Origin: Alkalispirochaeta sp.
Lineage (GTDB): Bacteria; Spirochaetota; Spirochaetia; DSM-27196; Alkalispirochaetaceae
Length of the DNA stretch: 64,000 bases
Assembly: GCA_965601925.1 (NCBI GenBank)
Contig: OZ271854.1
Location: forward strand, 2,016,001-2,080,000
Direction of reading: 5' to 3'
Part shown: positions 19,870 to 30,587 of the stretch, piece by piece
Position numbering within the stretch: the first letter of the stretch is position 1
Layout: each line of letters begins with the position of its first letter
Made by a program: the position numbers and the translations under genes
The notes under the pieces: model-generated
What the model was told of the DNA's origin: nothing
Databases searched by the model: none
The model's input: only the letters and a program-made list of their open reading frames with translations

Positions 19870-20185
19870 GAGCCTGCAACGAACGGGCATATCGCTCCTC
19901 AGGCGCTTCGCGCGGCGTTCCGAGAGCGGGTCGAGGCGGGAGATGCGGCGATGCGCGCCCGAGACCCACGCTCGGCGTGACGCGATGTACGCCCCCGACC
20001 GGCTCGGCTCTTTGCGACACTCCAGTCTGTGGAACGGCATCAGATGTTCACTCTAATGACGACGCGGCTATAACCGCCGTCGTCCGGACGGCCCGCGATT
20101 TTCCTCGGGGAAAGTCGCGAGCCGCCGTCGTGCATCTCTCGAAGACATCCGCTCCCTTCGGAGGAGTGCCGTCGAACTGAGCGGC

Positions 20186-21754
20186 TCAGCGCCCCGGCGC
20201 CGTCTCGCCGTAGGACTCCGGCAGCATCTGTCCAAAGAGCGTCGCATAGAGCATGCGATACACGTCGGTGCTATCGAACTGTGCGCCGAACTCGGTTCGC
20301 AAGAGGTGCGCGTTGAGACCCTCCGCGCGAGCGACGATCGCGCCGGCGACATCGTTGGTGCCCGGCCAGCCGATCGCAAACTCCAACCGCTCTCCGAAGG
20401 CGTTCGGCTCGGCGATGAACGGCGTGGTGCCTTGTCCCTCGATACCGTCCAGCGGAAATCCGAAGTCGCGTGACTCGTCGACCCGAGTGGGATTTCCCCC
20501 CGACACGGTCACGTTACCGGAGTCGTCGGTCCGCGGCGGGCCGAATACCTGCGGTGCGCCTCCGTCGGAGTCCGCGGCCGTAAGCACCATCGTGTCGGGA
20601 TTCTCGGCGATGAAATCTTGTACAACGCCGATAAGATCATCGGAGCGCTTGACCGCATTGAGCATACCGATGGCGTTGGCGTTGTTGGGCAGGTTGTCGG
20701 CGCTCTCGACCTCGGCGACGAGGAAGAAGGGCACGCCCGCAGCCTCGCTGTGCCGTTGCAGCACCGTCAGGGCCATGTCGCCCATCTCCTCGGGTGTGGG
20801 CGGGTTGTAGCCCGGCGTACCGGGGAGGCTGCCCCACATCACGATGCGTCCCTCTTTGGTACCGGCCATATCATCGTCGACGAGACCACTGTCGATCAAA
20901 TACTCTTCCGGGCGATCGTTGAAGATGTCGTCCCGGGCGAAGAGGCCGAGTACCATTGGTGTGTAGTCGGGGTCCGCTTCGATACGACCCATTAACGCCT
21001 CGAACTCCGACCGGGTACGAACGATCTCATAGCCGAGATCGGCGAACTCCCGCAGCAGATTGCGGCCGTCCTCGCGAGAGGGGCCGGCTCCGGATACCTG
21101 GTCGACGTGGATGTACTCGTCGAGGGTCGGCTCTCCGACGCCGTCGTACATCGGCGTACCTTCCGGTAGAAAGAAGCCCTCGCCACCGGCGAGCATGACG
21201 ACCGGCCGCGCCTCACCTTCGTACCCCGGGCGCCCGTCGATAATCTGGCGGATGATCTCTTCCGATTCGCCGCGATCCTCGACTTCGCTAAGGAACACTG
21301 CCGTACCGGGCTCTGCAAGATCACCGTCGTTGACGAGTCCGACGGGCATTCCCGCGGCCAGAGCCTCTCTCATGAGGCTGCCCTCAAAACCGCTCAGACC
21401 GTGAATTCTTCGCGTACGATCCAGACCGAAGGAGTTGGCCTGTACCTTGTAACCGAAGGCGTGCACCGTCGCTCCGCCGTGGGATGTGCCGGTCAGGCGA
21501 TTGGCCATATGGCCGCGATAGGCGTTCATCTCCGGCATACGATCCCAGTTGAGCACTCCGTCGGGCCCGTACCAGTACATACGGCCGGCGTTCCAGTGGT
21601 TCAATCCCGTCCCGTCGGGGTGCAGAAAAATCACATTTCCGGTAACAATCTCGCCCGAATCGGCCGACTGTGCCGCCGCTTCCTCTCTCCCGCCTCGGGC
21701 AAATGCCGAAAGAGAGATCGTGAGCACCATACACACACACAGCAGTGTTTTCAT
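20186..21754 (-). CDS. Alkaline phosphatase family protein (secreted)
   Basis: Signal peptide ending AFARGGRE, NVIFLHPDGTG, catalytic-Ser region GTSHGGAT, LGLFA, FFLVAEVE and TAADSD. Confidence 0.85.
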   Translation of the reverse strand: MKTLLCVCMVLTISLSAFARGGREEAAAQSADSGEIVTGNVIFLHPDGTGLNHWNAGRMYWYGPDGVLNWDRMPEMNAYRGHMANRLTGTSHGGATVHAFGYKVQANSFGLDRTRRIHGLSGFEGSLMREALAAGMPVGLVNDGDLAEPGTAVFLSEVEDRGESEEIIRQIIDGRPGYEGEARPVVMLAGGEGFFLPEGTPMYDGVGEPTLDEYIHVDQVSGAGPSREDGRNLLREFADLGYEIVRTRSEFEALMGRIEADPDYTPMVLGLFARDDIFNDRPEEYLIDSGLVDDDMAGTKEGRIVMWGSLPGTPGYNPPTPEEMGDMALTVLQRHSEAAGVPFFLVAEVESADNLPNNANAIGMLNAVKRSDDLIGVVQDFIAENPDTMVLTAADSDGGAPQVFGPPRTDDSGNVTVSGGNPTRVDESRDFGFPLDGIEGQGTTPFIAEPNAFGERLEFAIGWPGTNDVAGAIVARAEGLNAHLLRTEFGAQFDSTDVYRMLYATLFGQMLPESYGETAPGR

Positions 21755-21842
21755 TGTATAGATCCTTTGGTCTTTATAGTTTTTTCTCATATGGAGTCCA
21801 ACGACTCCGTACTTATGAGACGACCATAAGATCGCAACACCG

Positions 21843-21881
21843 TGTTAAAGGACCGTTACATCCGGGGAGAATTCTTGTAAT
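21843..21881 (-). promoter_or_regulatory. Possible Pho-box-like direct repeats upstream of the phosphatase
   Basis: Minus strand GTAACG-N5-TTAACA (11-bp period), with ATTACA two turns further upstream. Confidence 0.3.
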
Positions 21882-22046
21882 GGACAATGATTCGACACAT
21901 CCGCGACAATCGCCCGGCGCATCGACAGACGGTTGCGGTATGATGCGAAACGCCGCGACCGTCGTGCCGACGCGAGCCGCTATGGAACCGTCCCGGTGTT
22001 CGGCACCGGTCGCGCTACTCCGCGTAGCGCTCTCGCCGAGCGGCGG

Positions 22047-22784
22047 CTACGATTGGTAGAGCGCGGAGATCGTGCCTGCCGGGTCTCGAATGATTGCGAA
22101 GCCCTCTGCCGCATTATCGCGTGCCGTTCGCGACACGATCGTCCCACCGCGCTTCTCGCACGCGGCGAGTGCCGAATCGAGGTCGGGAACGGTGAAGTAC
22201 ACGATCCATCCCGTCGGGAGGTCCGCATTGGGGCCTCGGCGGTGGCAGATTCCCGTCACCGGTGTGCCGTCCGGAGCGGTCATTGAGTAGTCGTCGTACC
22301 CTTCCATCGCTACCGGCTCCGGTTTCCACCCGACGACCTCGGCGTAGAAGTCCCGTAATCCCGGCGCGTCGTCGACGGTCATATCGACCCACGCAGCCTT
22401 CCCCTCTTTTCGTCTCATTGCCGGGTGGTCGGATTCGAACTGATCAAAAAGAATGGGGTTGCCGTCGGGATCCTCTAAGGTGATATGCGCGGCCCCGGTG
22501 CTCTCCTCGTCGGCCGTTTCGATAAGCTCGATACCCTCGGAACGGAGATGCTTCTGGATCGAGCGCACGTCCGTCGGATTGAAGGTGAGGATGTTTTTCT
22601 CGAACATATCCTGAAAGAGCCCCACGTACGCATCGCCGTTTTGGAGCACCAACCATTTTTGCTCCTGTTCGCCCCCGATGATACGAAATCCGAGTTTTTC
22701 ATAAAACGTCCTCGAGACGGCGATATCCTTAACCGTCAAGCTGATCGAAAACACACCCGGATCGACCGCATTTTCCGAATCCAT
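22047..22784 (-). CDS. VOC/glyoxalase family protein (two fused VOC modules)
   Basis: [10 protein letters not shown]...[11 protein letters not shown] followed by AWVDMTV...FYAEVVGW...DPAG. Confidence 0.85.
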   Translation of the reverse strand: MDSENAVDPGVFSISLTVKDIAVSRTFYEKLGFRIIGGEQEQKWLVLQNGDAYVGLFQDMFEKNILTFNPTDVRSIQKHLRSEGIELIETADEESTGAAHITLEDPDGNPILFDQFESDHPAMRRKEGKAAWVDMTVDDAPGLRDFYAEVVGWKPEPVAMEGYDDYSMTAPDGTPVTGICHRRGPNADLPTGWIVYFTVPDLDSALAACEKRGGTIVSRTARDNAAEGFAIIRDPAGTISALYQS

Positions 22785-22785
22785 A

Positions 22786-23697
22786 TTACCTCCTCCGCGT
22801 AATGGGTAACGCGCACCACATATCAAGATGCTCCCATCCGGTGAGATGGGGAGCCCTCCGGTATATCTCCATCGCCGGTGCCGGACCGGCGTCAAACGCT
22901 CCGTCGGGTAGCCAGATGCGATACAGATACTGCCACACCGCGTCTTCGATTCGCACATCGCCGGTCATGTATATGCGCGCTACATCCACGGCGCGCATAA
23001 CACGCGCATCCAACCATTCCGGGATCGTCACGTCCCGCGGCACGCTAACCGCCCATTCAAAGGTGCACCGCTCCAATGGGGTCAGATCCGGGTCGTCCCA
23101 GCTGATGCCCGACAGGGCGCCGGTGATGTCGGGACCGACGCGCGTTTCGTACCACTCGACGAGCCGGTGATAAGCCCGCACCACATGACGCCATCGGCGA
23201 TACGAATCGGATATCCGTACGTACGCGACGTGTCGTTCCTCCATCGAAGTCAGCTCGACGCGGAACCGGTGCTCCGCCGCAACTCGGCGAAGCTCAGGAC
23301 GAGTGTACACCGGAAAATCCTCCACGACCCGACCGATCTTGCGCTCCTGCAATGGGCTCGATCGGTCCCACTTCGACGGGGCGATGCCGAAGTGGCGACG
23401 AAACGCGCGACTGAATCCGTCGGCGCTTTCGTATCCGTGATCGAACGCAGCCCGGGTCACCGTCAATCGTCGGTTAGAGCGAAGCGCCTTTGCGGCGGCT
23501 TCCAGTCGCGCACGCTGCACGAAGCGACCGATCGATTCTCCCGCGGTCAGACGAAACACACGGTGGAAGTGATATGGGGAAAGACATGCAATCTCAGCGA
23601 CACGTTCGATGGAGAGTCGGTCTCCCGGGTTGGCGAGGATGAAGTCCTTCACGCGATGTATTCGATCGCGATACGTATCGATATCCGACTCCTTCAT
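22786..23697 (-). CDS. AraC family regulator with GyrI-like effector domain
   Basis: N-terminal HTH ([20 protein letters not shown]) and a C-terminal GyrI-like region (DDP..TP..RC, WLP). Confidence 0.9.
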   Translation of the reverse strand: MKESDIDTYRDRIHRVKDFILANPGDRLSIERVAEIACLSPYHFHRVFRLTAGESIGRFVQRARLEAAAKALRSNRRLTVTRAAFDHGYESADGFSRAFRRHFGIAPSKWDRSSPLQERKIGRVVEDFPVYTRPELRRVAAEHRFRVELTSMEERHVAYVRISDSYRRWRHVVRAYHRLVEWYETRVGPDITGALSGISWDDPDLTPLERCTFEWAVSVPRDVTIPEWLDARVMRAVDVARIYMTGDVRIEDAVWQYLYRIWLPDGAFDAGPAPAMEIYRRAPHLTGWEHLDMWCALPITRRR

Positions 23698-23724
23698 GTC
23701 GTCGCGTCGCGGGTAAACTCGTCG

Positions 23725-24099
23725 CTATCTCGGTCTTGCCGCCAACCCGCGCTCGATGGTGGTGCGCAACACTCTATCTCCGACCGGCTTTTGCAGAACC
23801 GAGACGGGGTCGAGACGCCTGGCGCGGTTGATCGTCACCTCGTCGACGTACGCGGTGTGGAAGACGATCGGTATGCCGTGATTAATCGCTTCCGCCGCCG
23901 CAATGCCGTCCACGTCATCGGACAATCGCACATCCATAATGATAAGATCCACACGTTCCTTTTGTGCGACCGCGACCGCCTGGCGACCGCTTCTGACGAC
24001 CGCCACGACCTCGTGCCCCATCGCCGTTACGGTCTTGCGTAACACTAAGCCCACAATAACCTCGTCCTCGGCTATCAGTACGCGTGCCCTTTCGCTCAC
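23725..24099 (-). CDS. Single-domain response regulator
   Basis: LIAEDE, DLIIMDV.L, DG, TA and KP motifs. Confidence 0.9.
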   Translation of the reverse strand: MSERARVLIAEDEVIVGLVLRKTVTAMGHEVVAVVRSGRQAVAVAQKERVDLIIMDVRLSDDVDGIAAAEAINHGIPIVFHTAYVDEVTINRARRLDPVSVLQKPVGDRVLRTTIERGLAARPR

Positions 24100-24959
24100 C
24101 GTGTTCCACCCGTCGGTACGGTCAGAACGACCGAGACGCCCTTTCCGACGTAGGTTTCCAACTGCGCGTCGATTTGCTCAGCGAGCGACGTAACCAGGGT
24201 CAATCCGATGGAGGGAGTCTCGTGGTCCTCCGATACGTCGGTGTTTGCTCCACGGCCGTCGTCGCGCACCTCGATTTCGAATCCGCACTCGGAGCCGCGT
24301 AGTGAGACCGAAAGCGTACCGTCACCCCGACCCGCGAAGGCGTGTTTGCACGCGTTTTGTATAAGTTCGCTGAGGACGAGACCGCACGGTGCGGCGGTAT
24401 CGAGTGGGACGCTCATCGATTCGAGCGTCTTATGCACCGTGATAGTCTGTTCGTCCGAGATATACAGACCCAAAATCTCGTCGGTAAGCTCCGATAGGTA
24501 GCGATCGAGTTCGACCATTTCGAAATTCTCACCGCGGTACAAGTAGTTGTGGATGAGCGCTATCGAGTTGACGCGCGCATACAGCTCTTCCAAGACGCGC
24601 GATTCCGCCGGCACGGCGTCGATTTCCAGTTTTATGAGACTGAGGATAACCGACAGATTGTTCTTGACGCGATGATGCACCTCACGCAGCAGTATCTCTT
24701 TGTCGCGCAACGCACGCTTGAGATCCTGCGATACGTTGTACTCCTTTTGCAGACGACGCGCCGTTGCAACACCGAAACATATGAAAAAAACCAGGATCAG
24801 TATGCGAATGTAGATTTCATGAGGAGGAGGCGATAGCGCCAGCAAATCGAGAAACGCTTCGCCGCGATAGAAGAACCAATAGTCCGCTATGGCGTCAAGG
24901 AGCCAGACCGATAGACCCATCAGAACGGCGGCGATGAGGACCTTCGACGTCAGCTTCAT
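24096..24959 (-). CDS. Sensor histidine kinase (HisKA_2 type)
   Basis: Two TM helices, EVHHRVKNNL H-box, EL..NA.KHAF, DDGRG and IGL.LV. Confidence 0.92.
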   Translation of the reverse strand: MKLTSKVLIAAVLMGLSVWLLDAIADYWFFYRGEAFLDLLALSPPPHEIYIRILILVFFICFGVATARRLQKEYNVSQDLKRALRDKEILLREVHHRVKNNLSVILSLIKLEIDAVPAESRVLEELYARVNSIALIHNYLYRGENFEMVELDRYLSELTDEILGLYISDEQTITVHKTLESMSVPLDTAAPCGLVLSELIQNACKHAFAGRGDGTLSVSLRGSECGFEIEVRDDGRGANTDVSEDHETPSIGLTLVTSLAEQIDAQLETYVGKGVSVVLTVPTGGTR

Positions 24960-25033
24960 GGTGTTATCGGTAGTAGCGTCATAGTGGTTCCGACACGATG
25001 CGTGCGATCGCTCCCTACCTTCACCAGTATAGG

Positions 25034-27868
25034 CTATGAAGCGCCGAAAAGGTTACGCGACCGGTCGTAGGCTATCGTTTGAGAATCCCGGGAGTCCAAT
25101 CGAGCGACGAACTGTCGTATCGGTACCGGCCGTCCGAAAAGAAATCCCTGTACGAACGTCGGATGTGACGTCTGTACGACCGTCAACTGTTCCCGCGTTT
25201 CGATACCCTCGATTATGGTGTTGAGTCCGAGTCCGCTTGCGAGGCCGACGAAGCCGTTGAGCAACGATCGCGCTCGCGGCGACGTCTCGATGTCGGCGGC
25301 ATAGTGTCGGTCCAACTTCACCGCGTCGACGCCGAGCTCACGAAGATAGCGTAGTGTTGCGTATCCCTCGCCGAAGTCGTCGAGATATACCTTCACTCCG
25401 GCGTCCCGCAGTTCTCCGATCTCGCGTCGAGCCCTCCCGATGTCGCGGAACGCCGCGCTTTCGGTGATTTCAAGATGGAGGCGTCGCGGGTCGACGTCGT
25501 GGCGTTCCAAAATGCGCATGATGTGGCGAGTGGTTTGTCCCGAGCCGAGGTCGGTCGCAGACAAATTGACGCTGAGAAAAAAAGCTCGCGATAGGCGTGG
25601 TCCGTATTCGGAGAGGAATTGCGCCGCTTGTTCCACCACCGCCATGCTCAGCTCCGACATCACCGGACTCCCCTCGATCGATGGCAAAAACTCGGACGGG
25701 CTACGCACGACCGTTCCCTCTTGCCAGCGTACCAACGCCTCGCCGCCGGCGACTCGGCCGTCGTCCGCCGAGACGATCTCCTGGAGATAGATCACGATCG
25801 AGCCGTCTGCGATCGCCTCACGACAGCGACTTTCGGCGGTTATGCGGTGCATCGCGCTTACATTGAACTGCTCCTCGTGGAACTGCGATCGTCCGCGCCC
25901 CGCCGATTTGGCTTGATACATCGCCGCATCGGCGTTCTTCAACAGCTCTTCCGCATCGGAGCCGCTATCGGGAAACGTTGCGATCCCGACGCTCGCCGAG
26001 ACGCGTACCGCATGTCCATCCAACTCGAACACGCTGTTGATACTGCTCTGCATGCGTTGGATGATGTACAACAGATCGCTGTGCTTCTCGATGCCGGTAA
26101 CCAGGACGACAAACTCGTCGCCGCCGAATCGTGCAACGAAGTCCTCGTCCCGCACAGCGTCCTTGAGTTCCAGTCCGACCGCACGGATCAAGTCGTCGCC
26201 CGCGGTATGGCCGAGACTGTCGTTCACATCCTTGAAGTTATCCAGATCGATAAAGATCGCCGCCAGAGCGGTTTTGCTGCGCATGTTCTGTCGGATCATC
26301 CGTTGGAGCATCTCGGTGAGGTATGCGCGGTTGGGTAGCTGCGTGAGCGGATCGTGGGTTGCCATGTACTGCAGGTGACTACGCGCTTGATGAATGTCCG
26401 AAATGTCGTGAAACACCGCGACATACCCACCCTGTCCCGTGTCGATCGTTTGAATCGCCAGGAGCTCCGGATATACTTCGCCGTGTTTGCGCCGATTCCA
26501 GATTTCTCCGCGCCAACTACCCTCGGCCAGTAGTTGGTTCCACATATCGGCGTAGAACGCTTCATTGTGGCGGTCCGATTTGAGTACGTTGGACTTACTG
26601 CCTACGACCTCATCGCGCGAGTAGCCGGTAATACGTTCGAAGGCGGGATTGACTCGCACGATTCTCCCTTCGCCGTCGGTGACGCAAATACCCTCGGAGG
26701 TCGTCTGGAAGACCGCCTCGGAGATTTCGAGCTTCGTCTCCGCGGCGGCGCGGCGACGGCGAGAGTACTCCAGCTGCACACCGAAGCGGAGAAGCACCCG
26801 CAACAGCTCGTCCAGCTTACCGTACGCGGTAAGCGGGATATCGGTAAAACGCGACACCACGCGTTGAACGGGGCGTGCGATTCGCGTTGCGACGACGCGG
26901 CTCAACGCGAACAACACGAAGAATAGGGCAACCATGCTCGCGATCGATAGTCGAACCAACACGCGCACGGAGGACCCCACCCGCGGATCGGTCGTAATCA
27001 ACACGATGCGCACGTTCTGCTCCGGTAAGGTATACCAAGCGAGAAAGCGCGGCGACGGAGCCCGCATCGCGTCGATGCGACGAACGTCGTGCAGTGAATC
27101 CTCGTCGAGGGCCGCCACCGGTACCGGAGGCGGCGCCCAAATCTCGGACGTCTCGTCGTCGGAGACGTGTTCTACGATACGCCCGTCGCTCATCGATACG
27201 AGCCAGATATCGGTCGGCGCGCCCGAGGCGACCCCGTCGAGCACCAACTCCCAGGTCTGCCGCGATACCCAGTCGAACATCGATTCGCGATATCCGCTGG
27301 CGGTCACGATCCACTGCCACGGCTCAAAAAACTCCATGAATGCGATCTTGGGCCGCGGAGCGACGTCTGTGGGGTTTTGCCACCGATAGGAAAAGAAACC
27401 GTGTCTGTTGATCAACTGGTTGCGAACGAACTCGTGCTCGGCGATCGATGTCCCTTCGAGCTCTCTAAAGTGGTGAGCGATGAGGTTTCCCTCGAGATCG
27501 AGTACATAGAAGTACCCGTTGTCGTCGATCCGTTGTCGCCTAATCAGCTCCGTCGCCTGCTCCTGCACCGCCTCGATGTCGGAGTTCGTGTCGGCGGCCA
27601 ACGCATCCAAAGAGTCCAGTATCGAATGTACGCGCGACTCGAGCTGCGTTCTGTGGTGACGAAAGGCCGTTTCCAGAACGGTTCGTGATACCGACTCCGC
27701 CTCGCTGAGGGCGTCTTGGCGCGCCTGCTGATCGAGGCGATTGGTAAGGAGGACCACCGCAACGACCATCACGACGCCCACCATCGCGAAGACCGTACTC
27801 GCGTAGGCCGCCGTCAGCCGGAACGACACTCCGCCGAAGAGGATCGCACGCCAGCCGCGGCGTGTCAT
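25034..27868 (-). CDS. Cache-PAS-GGDEF-EAL c-di-GMP signalling protein
   Basis: TM-Cache (GYFYV..., YRWQNP)-TM, PAS (VNPAFERITGYS), RFGGDEF, EALVRW, EITES and DDFG.GY. Confidence 0.93.
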   Translation of the reverse strand: MTRRGWRAILFGGVSFRLTAAYASTVFAMVGVVMVVAVVLLTNRLDQQARQDALSEAESVSRTVLETAFRHHRTQLESRVHSILDSLDALAADTNSDIEAVQEQATELIRRQRIDDNGYFYVLDLEGNLIAHHFRELEGTSIAEHEFVRNQLINRHGFFSYRWQNPTDVAPRPKIAFMEFFEPWQWIVTASGYRESMFDWVSRQTWELVLDGVASGAPTDIWLVSMSDGRIVEHVSDDETSEIWAPPPVPVAALDEDSLHDVRRIDAMRAPSPRFLAWYTLPEQNVRIVLITTDPRVGSSVRVLVRLSIASMVALFFVLFALSRVVATRIARPVQRVVSRFTDIPLTAYGKLDELLRVLLRFGVQLEYSRRRRAAAETKLEISEAVFQTTSEGICVTDGEGRIVRVNPAFERITGYSRDEVVGSKSNVLKSDRHNEAFYADMWNQLLAEGSWRGEIWNRRKHGEVYPELLAIQTIDTGQGGYVAVFHDISDIHQARSHLQYMATHDPLTQLPNRAYLTEMLQRMIRQNMRSKTALAAIFIDLDNFKDVNDSLGHTAGDDLIRAVGLELKDAVRDEDFVARFGGDEFVVLVTGIEKHSDLLYIIQRMQSSINSVFELDGHAVRVSASVGIATFPDSGSDAEELLKNADAAMYQAKSAGRGRSQFHEEQFNVSAMHRITAESRCREAIADGSIVIYLQEIVSADDGRVAGGEALVRWQEGTVVRSPSEFLPSIEGSPVMSELSMAVVEQAAQFLSEYGPRLSRAFFLSVNLSATDLGSGQTTRHIMRILERHDVDPRRLHLEITESAAFRDIGRARREIGELRDAGVKVYLDDFGEGYATLRYLRELGVDAVKLDRHYAADIETSPRARSLLNGFVGLASGLGLNTIIEGIETREQLTVVQTSHPTFVQGFLFGRPVPIRQFVARLDSRDSQTIAYDRSRNLFGAS

Positions 27869-28219
27869 GCCACGCTCCCTCTACGATGTCCGCCCTTCGC
27901 AGACGTTTGATACGACATCCCGGTGTTGAGCATCGGATATCGCGATTGTTTTGGCCCTACGTGTGACACCACCATTTTTACTGCATCTATCGTTTGTCGA
28001 AGTACCCACATTCACGTGCGATTCGTCCACCCTCGGAACGAACTCTCACTCGATGTCGGCCCCTACGGGACGCACCGGCGTATGCGCGCCGTCGGACCGC
28101 TTCGTGTTCCGGCGATGTCGCGCAACGACCCGATCACCGATACCGTCAATAATATCACGGTCGTAACCCATTCAAAAGGTGACGGTCGATTTGGGACGAG
28201 TCGGGGCCGGGCGGCGCGG

Positions 28220-29575
28220 TCAATCCAGGCGGTTGAATATCTCCAGCAGTTTTTCTTTATCCATGAGGTCGATCAGCCGAGCCTCCACAAAATGCGTAGC
28301 AGCCTCGGAGAACTGCCCGGCTGTGATACAAAACCCGCGTCCGGCGTGGGTCTCCTTGAGACGCGAGTTGAGCTCCCGCACTATCAGTTCACCCACTTGG
28401 GTGGTACCGCGAATGAACCGGAAGAGTATCGTATCTTCCCACTTCGGCGTTTCGATCTCGGTGAGAACGTCGGCGTACTCGTTTTTCTCGACCTGGATAT
28501 CGAGTATTTTCACCTTCGCGTTGCGATAAAAGGTCATTACCATGCGACGACACAGGGTGACGAACTCGTTGGTCGGGGCGATCAAGTAGACCTTGAGATG
28601 CTGGTTGCCGTACAGCTCTTTGTTGCGCGAGATCTGATGCGCGACATCCTTGTACCCCGGGTTTACGCGGTGGATTTCGGCGAACTGATTGAGCGCTTTG
28701 CCGATCTCCTGTTGCTTCATATAAGCCGAGGCCAAGCGATAGCGGATCTCGATCATAACGTCTTCTCTGATCTTCTGATGACGGAGTCCCAGTTCAAAAT
28801 CGATCACCGCTTTTTCCACGTCGCCCTTACTCATGCGAATCGTCCCTGCAAAGAGCGCCGAATGGGGACCCATTACCGGGTCGGGCCGCAAGTGGCTGAA
28901 GATCATGAGCGCTTGCTCGTTCTGCCCCAGTTCCTGGTAGCTCTGAGCCAGGAAAAAGAGCGATTCCTTGTCCTCAGGCTCCAGATCGACGACTTGGCGC
29001 AGATAGCGTATCGCATCGCGATACTTCTGTAACTTATGGAGCGCCCGTCCCAGATATCGTCGCGTCGCGACGTGTTCCGGTTGCTCGTCGCGCGCAGCGT
29101 TGAGCAGCTGAACGGACTTCTCGAGGTTGCCGCGCCGATACTCGAGAAATCCCAAATTGTGGTTGATATCGAACGAGTCTTCCTTCAGTGAGCGGGCGAC
29201 CACCAACGATTTGTACGCCTCTTCGTAGTTTTTAAGCTGAATTGCGCACAATCCGTATCGTGCCGTGACTCTCCACTCTTCGATATCGGGATTCGACGCC
29301 GAGAGGTTCATGAGGATGCCGTAGGTTTTTATCGCCTTGTCCCACGCCTGATCCTCGTAGTAGATGTCCGCCATCGTGGTGAGGGCGCGATGGTCACGCG
29401 GGTTTGATGCCAAGTGACGGTTGGCCTCTTTGAGGACGGTATCGCGATCCCTGCGTTGTTTTTTTCGTCCCGGCTTTTTCTCACGTCTGCCGATAGTCAG
29501 TCTGTATAGAACCACAAGGATCACGATGACGGCGACAAGCAACGGTACGATTATCTGAAACGGCATTGAGATCAT
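28220..29575 (-). CDS. Membrane-anchored TPR protein with C-terminal Mrr-like (restriction endonuclease fold) domain
   Basis: N-terminal TM, multiple TPR-like helical repeats and C-terminal VGE..VREL...G..IT.G.FS..A..F...R.IDL.D. Confidence 0.8.
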   Translation of the reverse strand: MISMPFQIIVPLLVAVIVILVVLYRLTIGRREKKPGRKKQRRDRDTVLKEANRHLASNPRDHRALTTMADIYYEDQAWDKAIKTYGILMNLSASNPDIEEWRVTARYGLCAIQLKNYEEAYKSLVVARSLKEDSFDINHNLGFLEYRRGNLEKSVQLLNAARDEQPEHVATRRYLGRALHKLQKYRDAIRYLRQVVDLEPEDKESLFFLAQSYQELGQNEQALMIFSHLRPDPVMGPHSALFAGTIRMSKGDVEKAVIDFELGLRHQKIREDVMIEIRYRLASAYMKQQEIGKALNQFAEIHRVNPGYKDVAHQISRNKELYGNQHLKVYLIAPTNEFVTLCRRMVMTFYRNAKVKILDIQVEKNEYADVLTEIETPKWEDTILFRFIRGTTQVGELIVRELNSRLKETHAGRGFCITAGQFSEAATHFVEARLIDLMDKEKLLEIFNRLD

Positions 29576-29655
29576 TATTAGAGAGCCGTCGGTGAGCTGT
29601 CAACGTCGTTGACAAAGTGCCGATAAAGAAATAGCGTCAAAAAAGGAGTGTTCCC

Positions 29656-30573
29656 GTGAGCTTGATTGGGATAAAACTCGCCGACGGTTCCTTCTTTCCC
29701 GTCATCGAACACGATGTACCGCAGAGAAAACGGGTCGTGCTGACCGTTGCTCGAGAGGGGCAGACGGGCGTGCAAATCGATCTTCTGCGACGCGACGGCG
29801 ACATTGAACAGTACGTCGGTTGTCTGGTCCTCGACGATTTGACGGAGGGCAGCGAGGCGGAGATCGAACTCGTGGTCGGGCTCGATGCGGAGCGAAACGT
29901 CGACGCCAGAATCAGCGACACACGCGGCGAGCAATATCAGAGCTTCTCGGTCAATCTGGATAAGATCGGAGCGCCGGAATCATACTCTCTGCCCGACGGC
30001 GAGGCGTCCAATTTCAACTCCGATATCGGCGGTGTCGATACCTTGGAGGATATCGGGCTACCCGATATAGAAGAGGATCTCTTTGACGAGCCGTCGAGCG
30101 AACGTGCGCATACCATCGACGACGGCTCTCGCGACGAACTCCCCGACTTCGGCGCTTTGGAACTGCCGGAAGAAGAGGTGGGCGAGGGCGCCTTTCTCGA
30201 TGATATCGCAGTCTCGTCACCATTCGCCGGTGACGACGCCGCGCTGGCCGGGGTTACGCCGGACGACGACTTGTTCGACGAGCAGATGCACGACGTCGGA
30301 ATCGAAGAGGGCGACGGGGACGGATTCCTCCAACCGCGCTCCTTCAGCGCCTTTGCTTTGGCGGCAATCATCTTGGCGGCCCTCAGTCTCATCGCTCTCG
30401 GTGCGTTCGGCGTTTTCCGGTGGTTGCAGACCGATGCGCTTCCCGAGTTGCGCGCCGCCGCCTTCGGCTTTGTGTCTCCTGCGGGAGTCCGGGCGGTGCG
30501 AAGAGCGAGGCGTCCCGGTCGTTTCGCTTCTCGCAGTACACCGAATCCGTTTCCGAGTGCGCCCCGCCGATAG
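29656..30573 (+). CDS. Spirochaete-type membrane protein with Hsp70-substrate-domain-like N-terminus and acidic linker
   Basis: AAGGAG RBS; IGIKLADGSFFPV...LT....Q....IDL; D/E-rich middle; one TM helix near the C-terminus. Confidence 0.7.
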   Translation: MSLIGIKLADGSFFPVIEHDVPQRKRVVLTVAREGQTGVQIDLLRRDGDIEQYVGCLVLDDLTEGSEAEIELVVGLDAERNVDARISDTRGEQYQSFSVNLDKIGAPESYSLPDGEASNFNSDIGGVDTLEDIGLPDIEEDLFDEPSSERAHTIDDGSRDELPDFGALELPEEEVGEGAFLDDIAVSSPFAGDDAALAGVTPDDDLFDEQMHDVGIEEGDGDGFLQPRSFSAFALAAIILAALSLIALGAFGVFRWLQTDALPELRAAAFGFVSPAGVRAVRRARRPGRFASRSTPNPFPSAPRR

Positions 30574-30587
30574 ACGGTATACCTTCC

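Noticed and set aside
27869..28219. Riboswitch or ncRNA upstream of the GGDEF-EAL gene
   Set aside because: No recognisable c-di-GMP or other riboswitch consensus by eye; an Rfam search would be needed.
27923..29032. 369-aa plus-strand ORF and many similar antisense ORFs
   Set aside because: They are shadow ORFs opposite well-supported genes in GC-rich DNA and show no motifs.
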